Part shown: positions 38,208 through 51,142 of the stretch, piece after piece
Numbering within the stretch: position 1 is the stretch's first letter
Layout of the letters: every line of letters begins with the position of its first letter
Source of the DNA: Podarcis erhardii
Lineage: Eukaryota
Assembly (NCBI GenBank): GCA_964252035.1
Contig: OZ176204.1
Direction: 5' to 3' (one strand)
Length of the DNA: 64,000 nt
Translations under genes and position numbers: made by a program
Notes under the pieces: model-generated
What the model was told of the DNA's origin: nothing
What the model saw: the letters and a program-made list of their open reading frames with translations, nothing else
Databases searched by the model: none

Positions 38208-40022
38208 TATATACAATTTTGGCTTTAGACATGATCTCCAGAATGTAACCCCTGTGTATGTTGAGGTCTTACTGTAATCTAATACAACCATTCATAAGAA
38301 CGATGTTTTATTTTGGTTTCCAGTCCATTATATTTTTATGCCAGTTATTGCTTGTATAGATGTTGGACAAATGCCTTTATAAATCTGAGAGTTCTTAAGA
38401 GTTTTGTTTTTCAAAGTGTCTGCCACAGAGACCATACAGGTTGTAAGCATGGAGTATACTGTGGCAATAATGATAGGTCCAGGAAAAAAGATACAGCATC
38501 TCAAAAACAATACTGAATTTATCGTGACAGCAAGACCCTACAAAATGCTTCCAGCCAACAGTAGGAAGAAGGCATCCCCATGTCTTTGAATGATCTGTCA
38601 TTACACATTCAACTAAGTTTATCAGAACACATCATTATCTCTCAAGGGGTTTCTAAATAATGAGCATTAAAAAAAAATACTGATTCTATCATATCCTGTG
38701 TCACAAACAGTCCTCCAAGTTATTACACTACTGCAAATATATAACATTTTCCAAATGTTCCAGGTAAAATATATTTTATCTGGAAAAATGCTACACATCC
38801 CCTGAATGATTTATTTGTTCTTGTGTAAGCACTCTGTGGGATGTGGCTGTGTAGCATGAGTACATTAAATACTGCTTTTGACATAATTAGTAGGGATGGA
38901 CAAACTTACTCTGCAAGAAATTGCAATTCTCTCATTAAGCAATAAATCCCATGGTACAAGCTCAGATGAAATCTCAATTTTACTGTGATTTCATAAGTAT
39001 ATTTAATTCCTGCACATTCAAAACCACAACAGGAAAAGCACTTTCCTTGTCCATTACCAGAGATTACCTAATTGCCCTCAGGGTTCATCCTCACACACTC
39101 TTTTCATACAGAACACCAGAGATTTCATATGTATAAAGGCAATGGTATACATCTGTAACTGTGCCAATTTAATATTTTTTAATTAAAATAATTACCGGTA
39201 ACTCCCTAAGCAGCATTTATGTTTTCAAGGCTATATCTAGTGAGAGACATAGGAAGCATTCTGACTCTATCACTGCTCAACTCACAGTGGCCTGGGTTTA
39301 GTTCTGGAATGTGGCTATCTGAAAAAAGCACGTGCATACAGAGAAATGGGGAGGTAGACACACAGAGATTGAATGCACAAGCATTATGTACCAGTATGTG
39401 TCATGAATGCAAATTACAAAGACCCCCTGCAAAGTTTCTTGGACCCCCAACAATAGAACTATATTGATTCCTGTACATACTGGAAATATGCAAAGTTCAG
39501 TTCCAAGACAAAGGATAAAATGCAACATAAGATGCCTGTTTCTCTCATATACTCACACAAACACACCTCTGCTAAATATTACAGTAATAAGCTAGCAAAT
39601 AAAACAATGTTTCTAAATATTTTTGCAACTTATTACATATTCATTGATCAAAGAACCTGCTGGCTTAAGGTCAGTATTAAGACTCTCTCATGTTGGCTCA
39701 AGATCCACAAAACTGAGAAATCTGAAGCCGCCTTAACACCAGACATTGCCCCATGTATTGCCATGTGATCAGCAATGATGCTGTGCAATGTTACAAATTG
39801 TACTTCCTTACACCTTGCCCTCCATGCACTCACACTTTTCCGTGGCCTTTCAGGTCCAAATCAAGAAAGGGAGGTTAGAGTGCCTGAGACCAGCCAAGAT
39901 GCTCCACACTGTCCTGGTCTGCATAGTTAATCAGGGGGCACAACATACACTACCCAAAGTGTGACTAACTGATTGAACAATTAGGCCATATTTCTTTTCA
40001 AACAATTAAATATACCTTAAAT

Positions 40023-40185
40023 CAGTGGTTCGCAATTGGGGGTTCACAGACCCACCCAGGGGGTCCATTGGACCATTCACATAACAAAAACTACCATAGA
40101 GATATCGAAATTTTCAAAAGTAGGGGGCCCATGACTTGGCTTTTGAAAAACAGGTCTGCAGTACTTAGCTAATTGGGACCCACTT
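40023..40185. mobile_element. hAT-type MITE
   Basis: cagtggttcgcaa...gggacccact; 8-bp TSD CCTTAAAT at 40015-40022 and 40186-40193. Confidence 0.75.
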
Positions 40186-40506
40186 CCTTAAATAATTAAT
40201 TATCTAATTTAATACCTTAAATATTCCTGTGTATAATCAAATGCATTTGGTTATGCAGTCCAGATGCATTTTTTAAAATTTCTATAGGGGCAAGAGAATA
40301 ATTGAAAAATTAATCCACATACTTTTGAAGCTCCCTGTATATATACAAAGACGCTAAGCAAATAGCTTGCTTCAAGTCTAAAGCTAGAATCCAAAGAATC
40401 ATGGAACAAATTCCTTGAGTCCAGGGGTCTTCAGCTTTGTTTTAAATCAGATTTTTACTTTAAAATAAATCCAAATTCAATGTTTAAATTATCAGTTTAA
40501 AAATAA

Positions 40507-40860
40507 TAGTGGTGCCTCGCAAGACGAAAAGAATCCGTTCCGCGATTCTCTTCGTCTAGCGGTTTTTTCGTCTTGCGAAGCAAGCCCATTGACAGCTTAG
40601 CGGATTAGCGCTATTAGCGGTCTAGCAGCTTTTAGCGATCAGCTGTTAAGCGGCTTATCAGCGGATCAGCTGATAAGCGTTTAGCGGCTTAGGAAAAGGG
40701 CAAAAAAAGCGAAAAAAAACCGCGGGAACTCGCAAGACATTTTAGTCTTGCGAAGCAACCCCATAGGGAAATTCGTTTTGCGAAGCGCCTCCAAAACGGA
40801 AACCCTTTCGTCTAGCGGGTTTTCCATCTTGCGAGGCGTTCGTCTTGCGGGGCACCACTG
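40507..40860 (+). mobile_element. Tc1/mariner-type MITE, family 2, copy C
   Basis: (C/T)AGTGGTGCCTCGCAAGACG ... CGTCTTGCGGGGCACCACTG|TA; CpG-rich; internal TTAGCGG-like repeats. Confidence 0.9.
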
Positions 40861-41222
40861 TATGTTCAAAGGAAACCACTGATTTTTATCAAGCCTGTCA
40901 TGGTTCAGGCTGGTTTCTTGCTTCTATATAATGTACAGTTGTGCTCTTTAACCACAGATGGGGAAAGCATACTGAACAAAAATAAAGCACTTATTCTTCC
41001 ACACATTCTCAGAAATCTGATGAATATTGTACTCACCAGTGCTTGTATATCAGATTCCAAAGAGACCATGCAAATGTATATAAAAAACAGCTGAAAACAT
41101 ATTTGCTCAGAAAGCACTAGAGAAAAGAAACTAAAGGCCAATTCATATCTACCCAGAAGTAAGCCCCACTGAGTTCCATAGCTCTGAATTTATGAAACCA
41201 GGACTGCATTTTATCCACTTAC

Positions 41223-41348
41223 CTCTAACTTCTTAGTCAGGATGCTTACTTCAGATTGGTCCTCCTCTTGGCTCCTGGAGGGTAATTTCCTTGCTTCTTT
41301 CAGTTGTTTCTTCAGCAGTTTCTCATAGCTTCTCTTCAGCCTAGCTAG
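41223..41348 (-). CDS. CEP63: CEP63 exon 5 (126 nt)
   Basis: ttcatacag|CTAGCT...TTAGAG|gtaaag; LARLKRSYEKLLKKQLKEARKLPSRSQEEDQSEVSILTKKLE. Confidence 0.93.
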
Positions 41349-42239
41349 CTGTATGAAAAGGAAGGCAATTCACAGCACTGTGATTACTGCTGAAGTAGAG
41401 GAACACAGGCTTTCTGAAGCAATATTGCAACTTTGTAGGATACATTTTTATTATGGATTTTCTATTTTTTATTTGAACACTTCATTACTACAACAAATGG
41501 AGGAAGGATAAAAATAATACAACCCACGAAAGTAAATATTCCCAATAAATCCCTATTCTACCTTCCTCCAAACCAACAACTTGCAAAATAATAAAAGACC
41601 GCAAAGCAGAAAATAAAGGAGGGGGGAAAGAGAGAACAGAAAGTAGACTGAAGTTATGATAGATCAGAAAATATGATGAAGCAAGTGTAAAGAAGCGGGG
41701 AGGGAACTGGCAGGGAATTATGAGCTATCAGTGTTTTAACTGTTATAGCATCCATGGCATGCATACTTATTCAGAAAAATTATACATTTCAAAATAGGAA
41801 TCTTGATTTAAGGCAATCTAGAACAACTCTGGAAATGCTGTAAAGAGAACAGACAGTTTGCAGTAAAGATTAAACTACTACTACTACTACTACTATTTTC
41901 ATTTCCATACCTATTTATATTTTTTAGAAAAAAATCTCAAAGCAGTTTACAACTGACATTAAAACACCAAATCAAACAATCCAGAATAATACATTACTGA
42001 AGAAAGTCAAATATAATGTATAAACTCAAAGCAACATAAGTAACAGGAAACTAAAATATTGTCTTAAAGATTTCAAAATAAAGCATTACGAAGGAGGTAA
42101 ACTACAGAATGTACATTTAACGCCGCAAGGTTAACAACATTATCTTAAACATTAAAAGAAAACATTATTAAAGGAAGTTAAATACAAAGTGCACATTTAG
42201 AACAGCATAATTAGCAAAATGATAAATTATTATTATAAG

Positions 42240-42327
42240 AAAATAAAAAAATTCCTTCCAGTAGCACCTTAAAGACCAACTGAGTTAGTTCTAGGTATGA
42301 GCTTTCGTGTGCATGCACACTTGTAAC
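42240..42327. mobile_element. Short Penelope-like retroelement terminus
   Basis: gtagcaccttaaagaccaact...atgagctttcgtgtgcatgcacac resembles reptile Penelope-type ends (family assignment from memory); 12-bp direct repeat TATTATTATAAG at 42228-42239 and 42328-42339. Confidence 0.55.
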
Positions 42328-43433
42328 TATTATTATAAGCACAGAGCATATCTGCTGCTGGTGCTGCCAATAATGCCAACAGTGGTTCATGGCAGGCGGC
42401 AGGTATGGATGCTCAGATTTGATGAGTTGGATCTGCACTAAGAGTCAGTCAAGTTGGTCTCTTAGTAATGCTGCATGTATTGAGAGGGGCATTTTTAGTT
42501 GTGGACCAAGTGCTTAAAATTACAGTAATTTTATAATTCAAATGTAGATATTCCAGATAGCAGTACCACTACTCTTAAAAGGGGGCACCACTTAAGAGTA
42601 AAAATTGTGACACTACACACTCTAGTGCTAGTATACACATAGACTGCCTTCTGCTATACTTACTGAATTGCTAACACTCTTCAGCCTTCCTGACTGCCCC
42701 CATACTGCTGCCAGTCCAGCTTCCAACCTTTGCAAATATCTGCCACTGCACCTCAATCTTGCTTGGCAGAATCCTTACTATCCCCATGGGGGAATCTCCT
42801 AAACAAGCACCATTACTCATGCTGGAATGAAAAGACTTCTAAAAATGTAGACAGATGTCTTCAGATTGCTAAAGCAACAGCACAAAATTAATTTTATTTA
42901 TGGCCTACAGTAGGCCGCACTTGAACCAACTCTCCAGAGAAAAAGGTTAATGCATTACAAGTCTCATATGGCATTTAACTTCAAGCAGCTGACAAGCAAG
43001 AAGAAAGGAGGACAAAAGCGAAGGCCAAACATGAAAAGCTGTCACAGCACCCAACTCCTTATAGTGAAATAGCTGCAGTACAGCAAGCCCTTTGTTCCTT
43101 ATTTTCTTACAGAATATTTTTTTTAATCAGATTTTGGCTGCAACCATATACACACTTACTTGAAGTAAACTTCACTGAACACAGCAAGGAAACATATAGG
43201 ACATGGCCCCAGGAAGAAAACAGGCACAAATTCCCCATGAGAATAATACACAGAGAAGCTGCTGTAATATAAGCAGTCCACCCCACACAACTGTGATTTG
43301 AAGGAACCATTAGCACAGGGAAAGCAAGATTTGAACTTAATACTCTGAGCTGAGCTGCCCCCAACCCACCCAACCATATTGAAGCTACCAACTGACTTTG
43401 CAAAGGCAGCTCAACAGCCATTAGAATGATATA

Positions 43434-43670
43434 CAGTCATACCTCGGGGGTTACAGGTGCTTCAGGTTGCGTGTTTTTGAGTTGCGCACCGTGCCAAACC
43501 CGGAAGTACCGGACGGGTTAGTTCTGAGTTTCGGCGCTCACACATGCGCTAAATCACGCTTTGCGCATGTGCAGAAATGCCGAATCGCAACCTGCATGTG
43601 CGCAGACTCAGCGCTGCGGGTTGCAAACTGCCTCCCACATGGATCACGTTCACAACCCGAGCGCCCACTG
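43434..43670. mobile_element. Tc1/mariner-type MITE, family 3
   Basis: TA|cagtcatacctcggg ... cccgagcgcccactg|TA. Confidence 0.75.
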
Positions 43671-44049
43671 TACTACCACCAGCAAAAAGAAGTGGAGCTT
43701 AGGAGGCAAAATGTTTTTATCTATTAGCAAGAAAAGATGCCCAAATGAGCCTAGGCTTTGGAGTTAATTAACACAGATTATTAAACTCAGCTCTTAAAGA
43801 TATTTAATAAGGTAGTTTTTCTTAAGGGTCAGCTAACCAAAGGGCTAACACAGATTATGAAAAGGAATGGAAGGGTATGAGATTATATATATATACAAGT
43901 GAAAAGTCTATATGATATAAATGAACTGAATATTTGAAAATGCTGGGCTTAACGAGTGTTCTATAGATAGTTGAGCAGAAGTAAAGCTATTTGAGATCTC
44001 CCAATGGAGTAAAACAAGGAACAAATCAAGGTACACATATGCTGTGGAT

Positions 44050-44165
44050 AAGGAAACAGTGACCCTCCAGATGTTATTCCAATTCCCATCAGCATTGCCA
44101 ATGGGCAAGGATGATGGGATTTGGACTCCAGCAACAGCTAGAGAGCTCCAGGTTCCCCAACTCTT
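44050..44165. mobile_element. Degenerate URR1-like hAT MITE whose right end is the L1 target site
   Basis: ccctccagatgtt...gatgatgggatttggactccagcaacagct...ccaggttcccc. Confidence 0.55.
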
Positions 44166-46333
44166 TTTTTTTTTTAATAATAATTTTTATTCAGTTTTTA
44201 AAACACATAATTAAAAAACAAACACATCACAAAATACAAACAAACATAAACAAATCAAACATAAATAAATTCATAATCTTATTTTCTTGTAACTTCTTTC
44301 AATCGACTTCCCCTTACCTCCCTTTCGCTGCATCCTTATTTTAAAATTTTTTTAGCAACCCTTTAGTCAATTTATCCATTTAGTTCCCTTCATTAAATTC
44401 CCATAAATTTATTAATTACAGCTGTAGTTCTCTGCTTCTTACCCCTTGACATCTTAACACTCCTCAATTTTACAACAGTTTTTAAGATATATTTTAAATT
44501 TCTTCCAGTCTTCTTCCACTGCCTCTTTCCCCTGGTCACGAATTCTGCCGGTTATCTCTGCCAGTCCCATGAAGTCAGTCACCTTTGTCTGCCATTCTTC
44601 AAGAGTAGGTAGTTCTTGCATCTTCCAATACTTTGCCAGAAGAATTCTTGCTGCAGTAGTAGCATACATAAAGAAAGTCCTATCCTTCTTTGGCACCAAT
44701 TGGCCAACCATGCCCAGGAGAAAAGCCTCTGGTTTCTTAGTAAATGTCCATTTAAGGGCTTTCTTAATTTCATTATAGATCATTTCCCAGAATGCTTTCA
44801 CCCTCGGGCAGGTCCACCATAGGTGATAAAAGGTACCTTCATTCTCATTACATTTCCAACATTTATTATTGGGCAAATGGTAAATTTTTGCAAGCTTGAC
44901 TGGGGTCATGTACCACCTGTAGATCATTTTCATTATATTTTCTTTTAAGGCATTACATGCCGTAAACTTAACACCAGTGGTCCACAACTGTTCCCAGTCA
45001 GCAAACATAATGTCATGACCGATATCCTGTGCCCATTTAATCATAGCTGATTTCACCGTTTCCTCCTGTGTATTCCATTTAAGCAGCAAATTATACATTC
45101 TTGACAGATTCTTAGTATTGGGTTCTAACAGTTCCGTTTCTAACTTTGACCTCTCCTTCTGAAATCCTATTTTCCTGTCCTCTTTAAATGTCTCATTTAT
45201 CTGATAGTAATGCAGCCAATCTCGAACTTTGGACTTTAGTTTTTCGTAACTCTGAAGCTTTACCCTTTCACCTTCATATTCTAAGATTTCACAATATTTT
45301 GGCCATTTAGAATCCATATTAAGTTTTTTCACCCCCTTGGCTTCCATTGGTGACAACCACCTGGGAGTTTTAGTTTCCAGTAGATCTTTGTATCTGCTCC
45401 AAACATTATATAATGCTTTTCTAACAGTATGATTTTTAAAACCTTTGTACACCATTGCCTTGTTATACCATAAGTATGCATGCCAACCAAAACAATTATC
45501 ATATCCTTCCAGATCTAAGATGTCTGTGTTCTCAAGAAGTAGCCAGTCTTTCAGCCAGCAGAAAGCTGCTGCTTCGTAGTATAATCTTAAGTCCGGCAGG
45601 GCAAATCCCCCTCTATCCTTTGCATCAGTTAAAATCTTAAACTTAATTCTGGGCTTTTTGCCCTGCCAGACAAATTTTGATATATCTTTCTGCCACCTCT
45701 TGAAACAATCCATCTTGTCCAGAATTTGTAAGTTCTGAAACAAAAAAAGCATTCTAGGCAATACATTCATCTTAATAGTAGCAATTCGACCTAACAAGGA
45801 CAATTTCAACCTTGACCATGTTTCTAAATCTTTCTTTACTTCTGACCAACATTTTTCATAATTGTCTTTAAATAAATTCAGATTCTTAGATGTTAAATTT
45901 ACCCCCAGGTATTTCACTTTTTTCGTTATTTCCAAACCTGTTTCACTCTGAAACCTCTCTCTTTCTTCCATTGTTAAATTTTTCTCCAAAACCTTTGTTT
46001 TCTGTTTATTCAATTTAAATCCTGCTACTTGACCAAATATTTCAATTAATTCCAACACTCTTTTGGTACTAATGTCTGGCTGTTGTAAAGTCAAAACTAG
46101 GTCATCTGCAAATGCTCTTAGTTTATAATGTCTGGCTCCGACCTGAACTCCTTTAACCAACTGGTCCTTTCTAATCATATTTAACAAAACCTCCAGGACT
46201 GATATAAAAAGTAGAGGAGATATTGGGCAACCCTGTCGTGTACCTTTTTCTATAGGTATTTCTTCCGTTACCACATTATTTACAATTAACTGCTTTTTGT
46301 TCCGAATATATTGCACCTATACCGTTTTCAAAA
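44166..46333 (-). mobile_element. Young 5'-truncated L1 LINE in CEP63 intron 4 (sense to CEP63)
   Basis: 18-bp perfect TSD CCAGGTTCCCCAACTCTT (44148-44165, 46334-46351); poly(A) tail (T-run 44164-44175 on +); AATAAA on - at 44186-44191; long ORF2 frame. Confidence 0.96.
44454..46290 (-). CDS. L1 ORF2 fragment: C-terminal half of the reverse transcriptase plus Cys-rich domain; no endonuclease, non-autonomous
   Basis: GTRQGCPISPLLF, RAFADDL, KYLGV, GGFALPDLRLYY, CWKC...FYHLWWTC; no stops over ~610 codons. Confidence 0.9.
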
Positions 46334-46871
46334 CCAGGTTCCCCAACTCTTGATGTACGCCATCAACATTTTCCCAATAATGAGTGGACATACTCAGCTG
46401 TATGTGAACTGTTCTCTTATTAATACCGCTTGACTTCGTTGAACTAAAAACAATCAAGTACTTACTTTAAATTAAACTTTCTCTAAATTCCTGGAAATAA
46501 AAGTACGCCATAGAGGGAAAGACTGCAAACATTTCATGAAGCAAAATCTTTTTATGTTTACATCCATGTTAAAACCCACAGTGATTATGCAGAAAATAAA
46601 CTGCACTTTTTATGTCCATTGCAATAACATAACTGCTGAATGTTTGCATCCATTAAATAGGCAAAACAGCAATCACTGCAAATTCCACAAGTTAAAAAGG
46701 GCATGTTAAAAGGTTTTAGGAAGAATTGACATATGCATGATTCAGGTTCTTGTTTTTGCACTTTCATGTAAACTGCATCATAATATATATATATATGATG
46801 ACAAGATTATAGACATGGCAATATCATATAGTAACCTAAAATATAAAATAAAAGCTGGACTTGAGGCTCAC

Positions 46872-46967
46872 CTCTTCCTGGACTTTTTGTAACTGCTGTT
46901 CGTATTCCATAGTCATATCACGATTCAGTTGTTCCATCTCTTCTAGTCGCTGACACAGCCTTTCAAT
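46872..46967 (-). CDS. CEP63: CEP63 exon 4 (96 nt)
   Basis: gtctttcag|ATTGAA...GAAGAG|gtgagc; IERLCQRLEEMEQLNRDMTMEYEQQLQKVQEE. Confidence 0.92.
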
Positions 46968-48189
46968 CTGAAAGACAACAAATGTCATTTGACCAACAGC
47001 AGAAACCCTCTCCTTTTATTTTCCAACTTTTATGGGACAATGGAAAAAGTCACTAAAGTGAAGAAACTGTGAAAATCATCCTGTACAGCACAATTAAGGA
47101 AGGGTTCTCTACACGTTATTTTCCTCAAACTTTACTACAATGATCTCTCCACCACAAATCAGTGGTTGAGTCTACCCAAGTGTAACAAAGAAAACAGAAG
47201 ACCACTGATTTGGCTGATCAGTGAAATGGGATAGAGCAAATGTCTCTTTTGCCCCGGCACATTCTAAATTCCCAAAGTGGAGAGAGGAGCAAGAACACCT
47301 GCAAAGCAGGAAAAAACCAACTCCATTTCCCTCCCAAAGCAGCAACAATCTACAAAACTGAAGAGGTAGCACATCTGCCCACATTAACATTGATTGGAAA
47401 ATGGAACACAGGTTATACTTTCTCTCTTGAGCCAAGATAGACACAGTGTGAGGTTTGGAAATAGTGTCAGAACAAGCTTGTGCTGCTCCTAGAAATTGTT
47501 TGTGCTCCCAAAGGGAGGCTTTCATTACATTTTAATAAGCCTATAATTAGCCTATTCAGAAGTGAGATTAATAGCCTGCCACAATAAGGAACTGGAAAAA
47601 GAATGCACACTGTCCGTGCCAGCTATACACAGTAACAATGAAACGACTGCAGAATAAACCCAAGATGCCGTGTGACATTCTAAAAAGGAAAGTAAAATTT
47701 AAACCAATATCTGGAATATAATATATTATGTTAAACAAAATAAGAAGGCTTGGGTCCTATCCTGGGAGAAGGACAAGGCAAACCTTCCAACTCTCCTGGA
47801 ATATTCAGCAGCTTTAGATACATCAAGCGTGGTATCCTTCAGGTTCAGTTGTCCCAAATGGGAATTTGGGTTACTGTTCTTCAGTAGTTTCATTCAAGAA
47901 AGTGATGCAGTAAAATATTGCTCTGCCTCACAATTGTGTTATTACACTGTGCTATACGGGGCTTCATGTGCATATAATGTGGCTATAGTTATTCACACTC
48001 TGGTAGCCTCTTTTAGACTTGTGTAATGAGTTGTACTTAAGATTGTCGTTGAAGGCTGAATAAACGTTAGTTCATACAAAATTATGTGGAAAAGATATTG
48101 ACTGAGGCTAATCATTAGTTCTGGAAAAACACTGGCTATCAGTCTGTTTCTGAGCACAATATAAAGTTTTTAAAGCCCAAAACACCTTG

Positions 48190-48440
48190 GGACCAGAGTG
48201 CCTGAAGGATTATCTTCTTCAACATGAATGTGCCTCAGCATTGAGCTCAAAGATCTTGCTGTGAGGTCTCCCTACGCCTGCCCCAGCCCACAAGTGAAAT
48301 AGGTAGTGGCCATGGATATAGCCTTTCCTGGGCTGAGGATGCCATTATGGAATTCTCTCCCTCAATGAGGCTCTACTGATGCCAAGCTCAACATCACCTT
48401 TGGAGGCAGGTGAATACATTTTATTTACTCCAGATTTTTT
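48190..48440 (+). mobile_element. L2-type LINE 3' remnant
   Basis: ...atagcctttcctgggctgaggatgccattatggaattctctccct...tttggaggcaggtgaatacattt, resembling L2 RAFS..AP.LWNSLP...F.R.VKT.LF. Confidence 0.55.
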
Positions 48441-48643
48441 TAGAATTGGAATATTTTACTCCTTTTTTATGCTGAAGTTGTAATGCTAGTCTTTCAGGAT
48501 TTTTGATTCAACATTCATAAACTGATAAATGGATAAAGGAAAGATGAGAGGGGGTACAACTTTATGCAGTGCAACACCCTACAGTGAAATTTCAGAAAGG
48601 AAACCATAGACAAGTACACATAGCACCAAAGCTATAAAAGTAC

Positions 48644-48821
48644 CTCTTTACATTTCTCATCCAATGCATTCCTGAGAGAGGACAGTTCCTGCTCTCGCAC
48701 ATCCAAGCAGGATTCTAGTGCCCGGGTTTGAGTTTCCCATTCAGCTTTCTTATGAGCCACCATTATGTCTATCTGCTTCATCAGCTCCTGTAGTTCTGCT
48801 TCACATGAAGTCTGGAAACTT
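48644..48821 (-). CDS. CEP63: CEP63 exon 3 (178 nt)
   Basis: tttaatag|AAGTTT...AAAGAG|gtactt; [59 protein letters not shown]. Confidence 0.96.
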
Positions 48822-49688
48822 CTATTAAAAATAAATAAATTATCCCCATCCCTTATTTGTACGCTGTTTTTCCATGGTAAACCATGCACAGTTGCTTTAA
48901 TCATGGAGCAAATACCGAAAGAGATACCAGGTAAGCAAAGCTCTCCTTGCTTCTCTCACTCCCTCATACACACCATAAAAATCAAGGCAATGGTAATACT
49001 TCCAAAGACATCTCTTCTGGATCCTTTTATTGCTATGCTAAGGGATGGGTTTCTCCAGCCAAAAGCACTAACAGAGAGCATGTAATGGGGCAATGCTATG
49101 TAACTTGAGAATACAATGATTGCCCACAATACACTCACAGGGATAAAAGCTGGGTAGCCTGCATAACACCGGGGGTTATATTATTTTTTAAAAATGAAAA
49201 TGACCGGAAGGGCTTCAGCTAATTTGAATTTATCATGCTTAGACGACGTAACCTTATGGTCCACCCCAAATCCTAAGCACAACAACAAGGAAATGTTAAT
49301 TGGAGTTTGAAATGCCTCATTTTCCCAAGAATGTCCAAATATTTTTGCAACTTGGCAGCTTTTCTATAGAGGCACTAACTTTGTAGTTTTAAAACTTCAC
49401 TTTGTTGTGCCAGGAGACCAGAGAATAAGCCACAGTGGTGCTCAGAATTGGGGGTTTTACCTTAGGGTGTAAGAAGTTGCTTTTTCCTTAATGAGGCCAA
49501 TAACAGCTTGGCCAAGAAAGGAAGCTCCACAGTGCTATAGTATTGGACACACACACACAAATATGCAAGCCCCTCCTAGCCATCCCCCAAACCCCAAAAT
49601 ATCAATTTTTTAAAAAAGGAGCAGCACCAACATTTAGAACTTGGCAACTGTTTTTCACACTGTTGATACATTATGAAAGTGCTGAGTA

Positions 49689-50027
49689 CAGTGGTGCCCC
49701 GCAAGACAAACGCCTCGCAAGACGAAAAACCCGCTAGACGAAAGGGTTTTCCGTTTTGGAGGCGCGTCGCAAAACGAATTTCCCTATGGACTTGCTTCGC
49801 AAGACGAAAATGTCTTGCGAGTTCCTGCGGGGTTCCCCCCCCCCTTTTTTCTAAGCAGCTAAGCCGCTTATCAGCTGATCCGCTAAGCTGATAAGCCGCT
49901 AAAAGCCGCTAAACCGCTAATAGCGCTAATCCACTAAGCTGTCAATGGGCTTGCTTCACAAGACGAAAAAACCACTAGACGAAGAGACTCACGGAACAGA
50001 TTAATTTCGTCTTGTGAGGCACCACTG
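49689..50027 (-). mobile_element. Tc1/mariner-type MITE, family 2, copy B (inverted relative to A and C)
   Basis: TA|CAGTGGTGCCCCGCAAGAC ... GTCTTGTGAGGCACCACTG|TA; reverse complement of the 40507 copy. Confidence 0.9.
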
Positions 50028-50600
50028 TATTTTAAATCATGTTTCACTGTAGGTCTGCTTTTTTTCCCCAAATATGTCTATGTTTACATCTTTCATTTTA
50101 CAGACTGCATCCTAACTACGAGTAGATTTCCCAGTATATGCTAATTAATGTCAAGGTTTATGTTAAAGGTCTGTAAACTACTCTACAGTAAAAATATTAA
50201 ATGCATTTGTTATGTAATGCAAATGATGGAGATCTGCACATCCATTTGCACAATTTCATATGTTTTTAAGAATTGGGCTATCAAAGACTTGGGTTATTTT
50301 AGTGACAACTGAGGTGGCTGTGGGTAAATGGGAATGATAATTAAGCAAGGTAAAAATAGGACCGATGCTTTGTGAGGGATTGCTGGACAACAGCCTGATC
50401 TCCTCGAAACATGGGTTACATCTTTGCAGTTTCTGACCCTTCCAAAGACATAAATGACACATAAGGAAAATATGCTTGTTCAATAATAAAAAGCCAAGAT
50501 TCTTAGGGTGTCAGGTTCTGTGTAAGAAAGCTGAAGAAACTCAGATACACTGTCCCTTTAATGAAAACAACAAGATCAAAGAGGAAAACATGTTCTAGAG

Positions 50601-50827
50601 CAGGGATGTCCAACTCCCAGGAGATGCAATCTACTCCCAGGGGGAAAAACTGGCAGTGATCTACCGGGGGGGGGGGGCAGACCAAAGTAGTTACTAAACA
50701 TGACACAGCGAAAGACCAAGGGAGGCAGAGACATGATTCTAAACAACGCGAGCGGTAAGGATCCTGAGATCAACCACGATCACCCAGGGGTCGAACTGTC
50801 GATCGCGGTTGACTGGTTGGGCCCCCG
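50601..50827. mobile_element. hAT-type MITE
   Basis: CAGGGATGTCCAAC ... GTTGGGCCCCCG; perfect 8-bp TSD TTCTAGAG (50593-50600, 50828-50835). Confidence 0.82.
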
Positions 50828-51110
50828 TTCTAGAGGATTTCAGGAAGAGCAGCTTCATAAGCACATTCTGGAAGCTGTAGCTGCTATTTTTCTGTCAAAA
50901 TGGTAATACCCACCAGAGAAGAGCACAATTCTTTCACATAATGCTAGCAAAACAGGAGCTGTGAGCGCAATTATTGTGGAAGTAACTATCATATCTGGGA
51001 CTGAAAAGAAACTGACATGTGAAGCACATGTGCAAACCCATCTTCCAGGTGGGTCTATGTATTTGTGTAACGTATGCATCTGAATAAAGCCATTAATAAC
51101 TAGTACATAC

Positions 51111-51142
51111 CTGCCCTGTATTCTTTCTAGCAATGCCTCCAT
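51111..51142 (-). CDS. CEP63: CEP63 exon 2 coding part with start codon (whole exon probably 51111-51167)
   Basis: ATG GAG GCA TTG CTA GAA AGA ATA CAG GGC AG|gtatgt = MEALLERIQG(R), human MEALLEGIQNRG; acceptor ttttttag| 25 nt upstream of the ATG. Confidence 0.92.

Noticed and set aside
40620-40690. TTAGCGG arrays as interstitial telomere or CRISPR-like repeats
   Set aside because: The units are degenerate and internal to a TIR-bounded MITE present three times; no repeat-spacer structure, and the DNA is vertebrate.
46285-46295. In-frame AG in L1 (aagcag|TTA ATT) that could fuse CEP63 exon 4 to the RT frame
   Set aside because: No polypyrimidine tract (A-rich upstream), so a CEP63-RT fusion has no sequence support.
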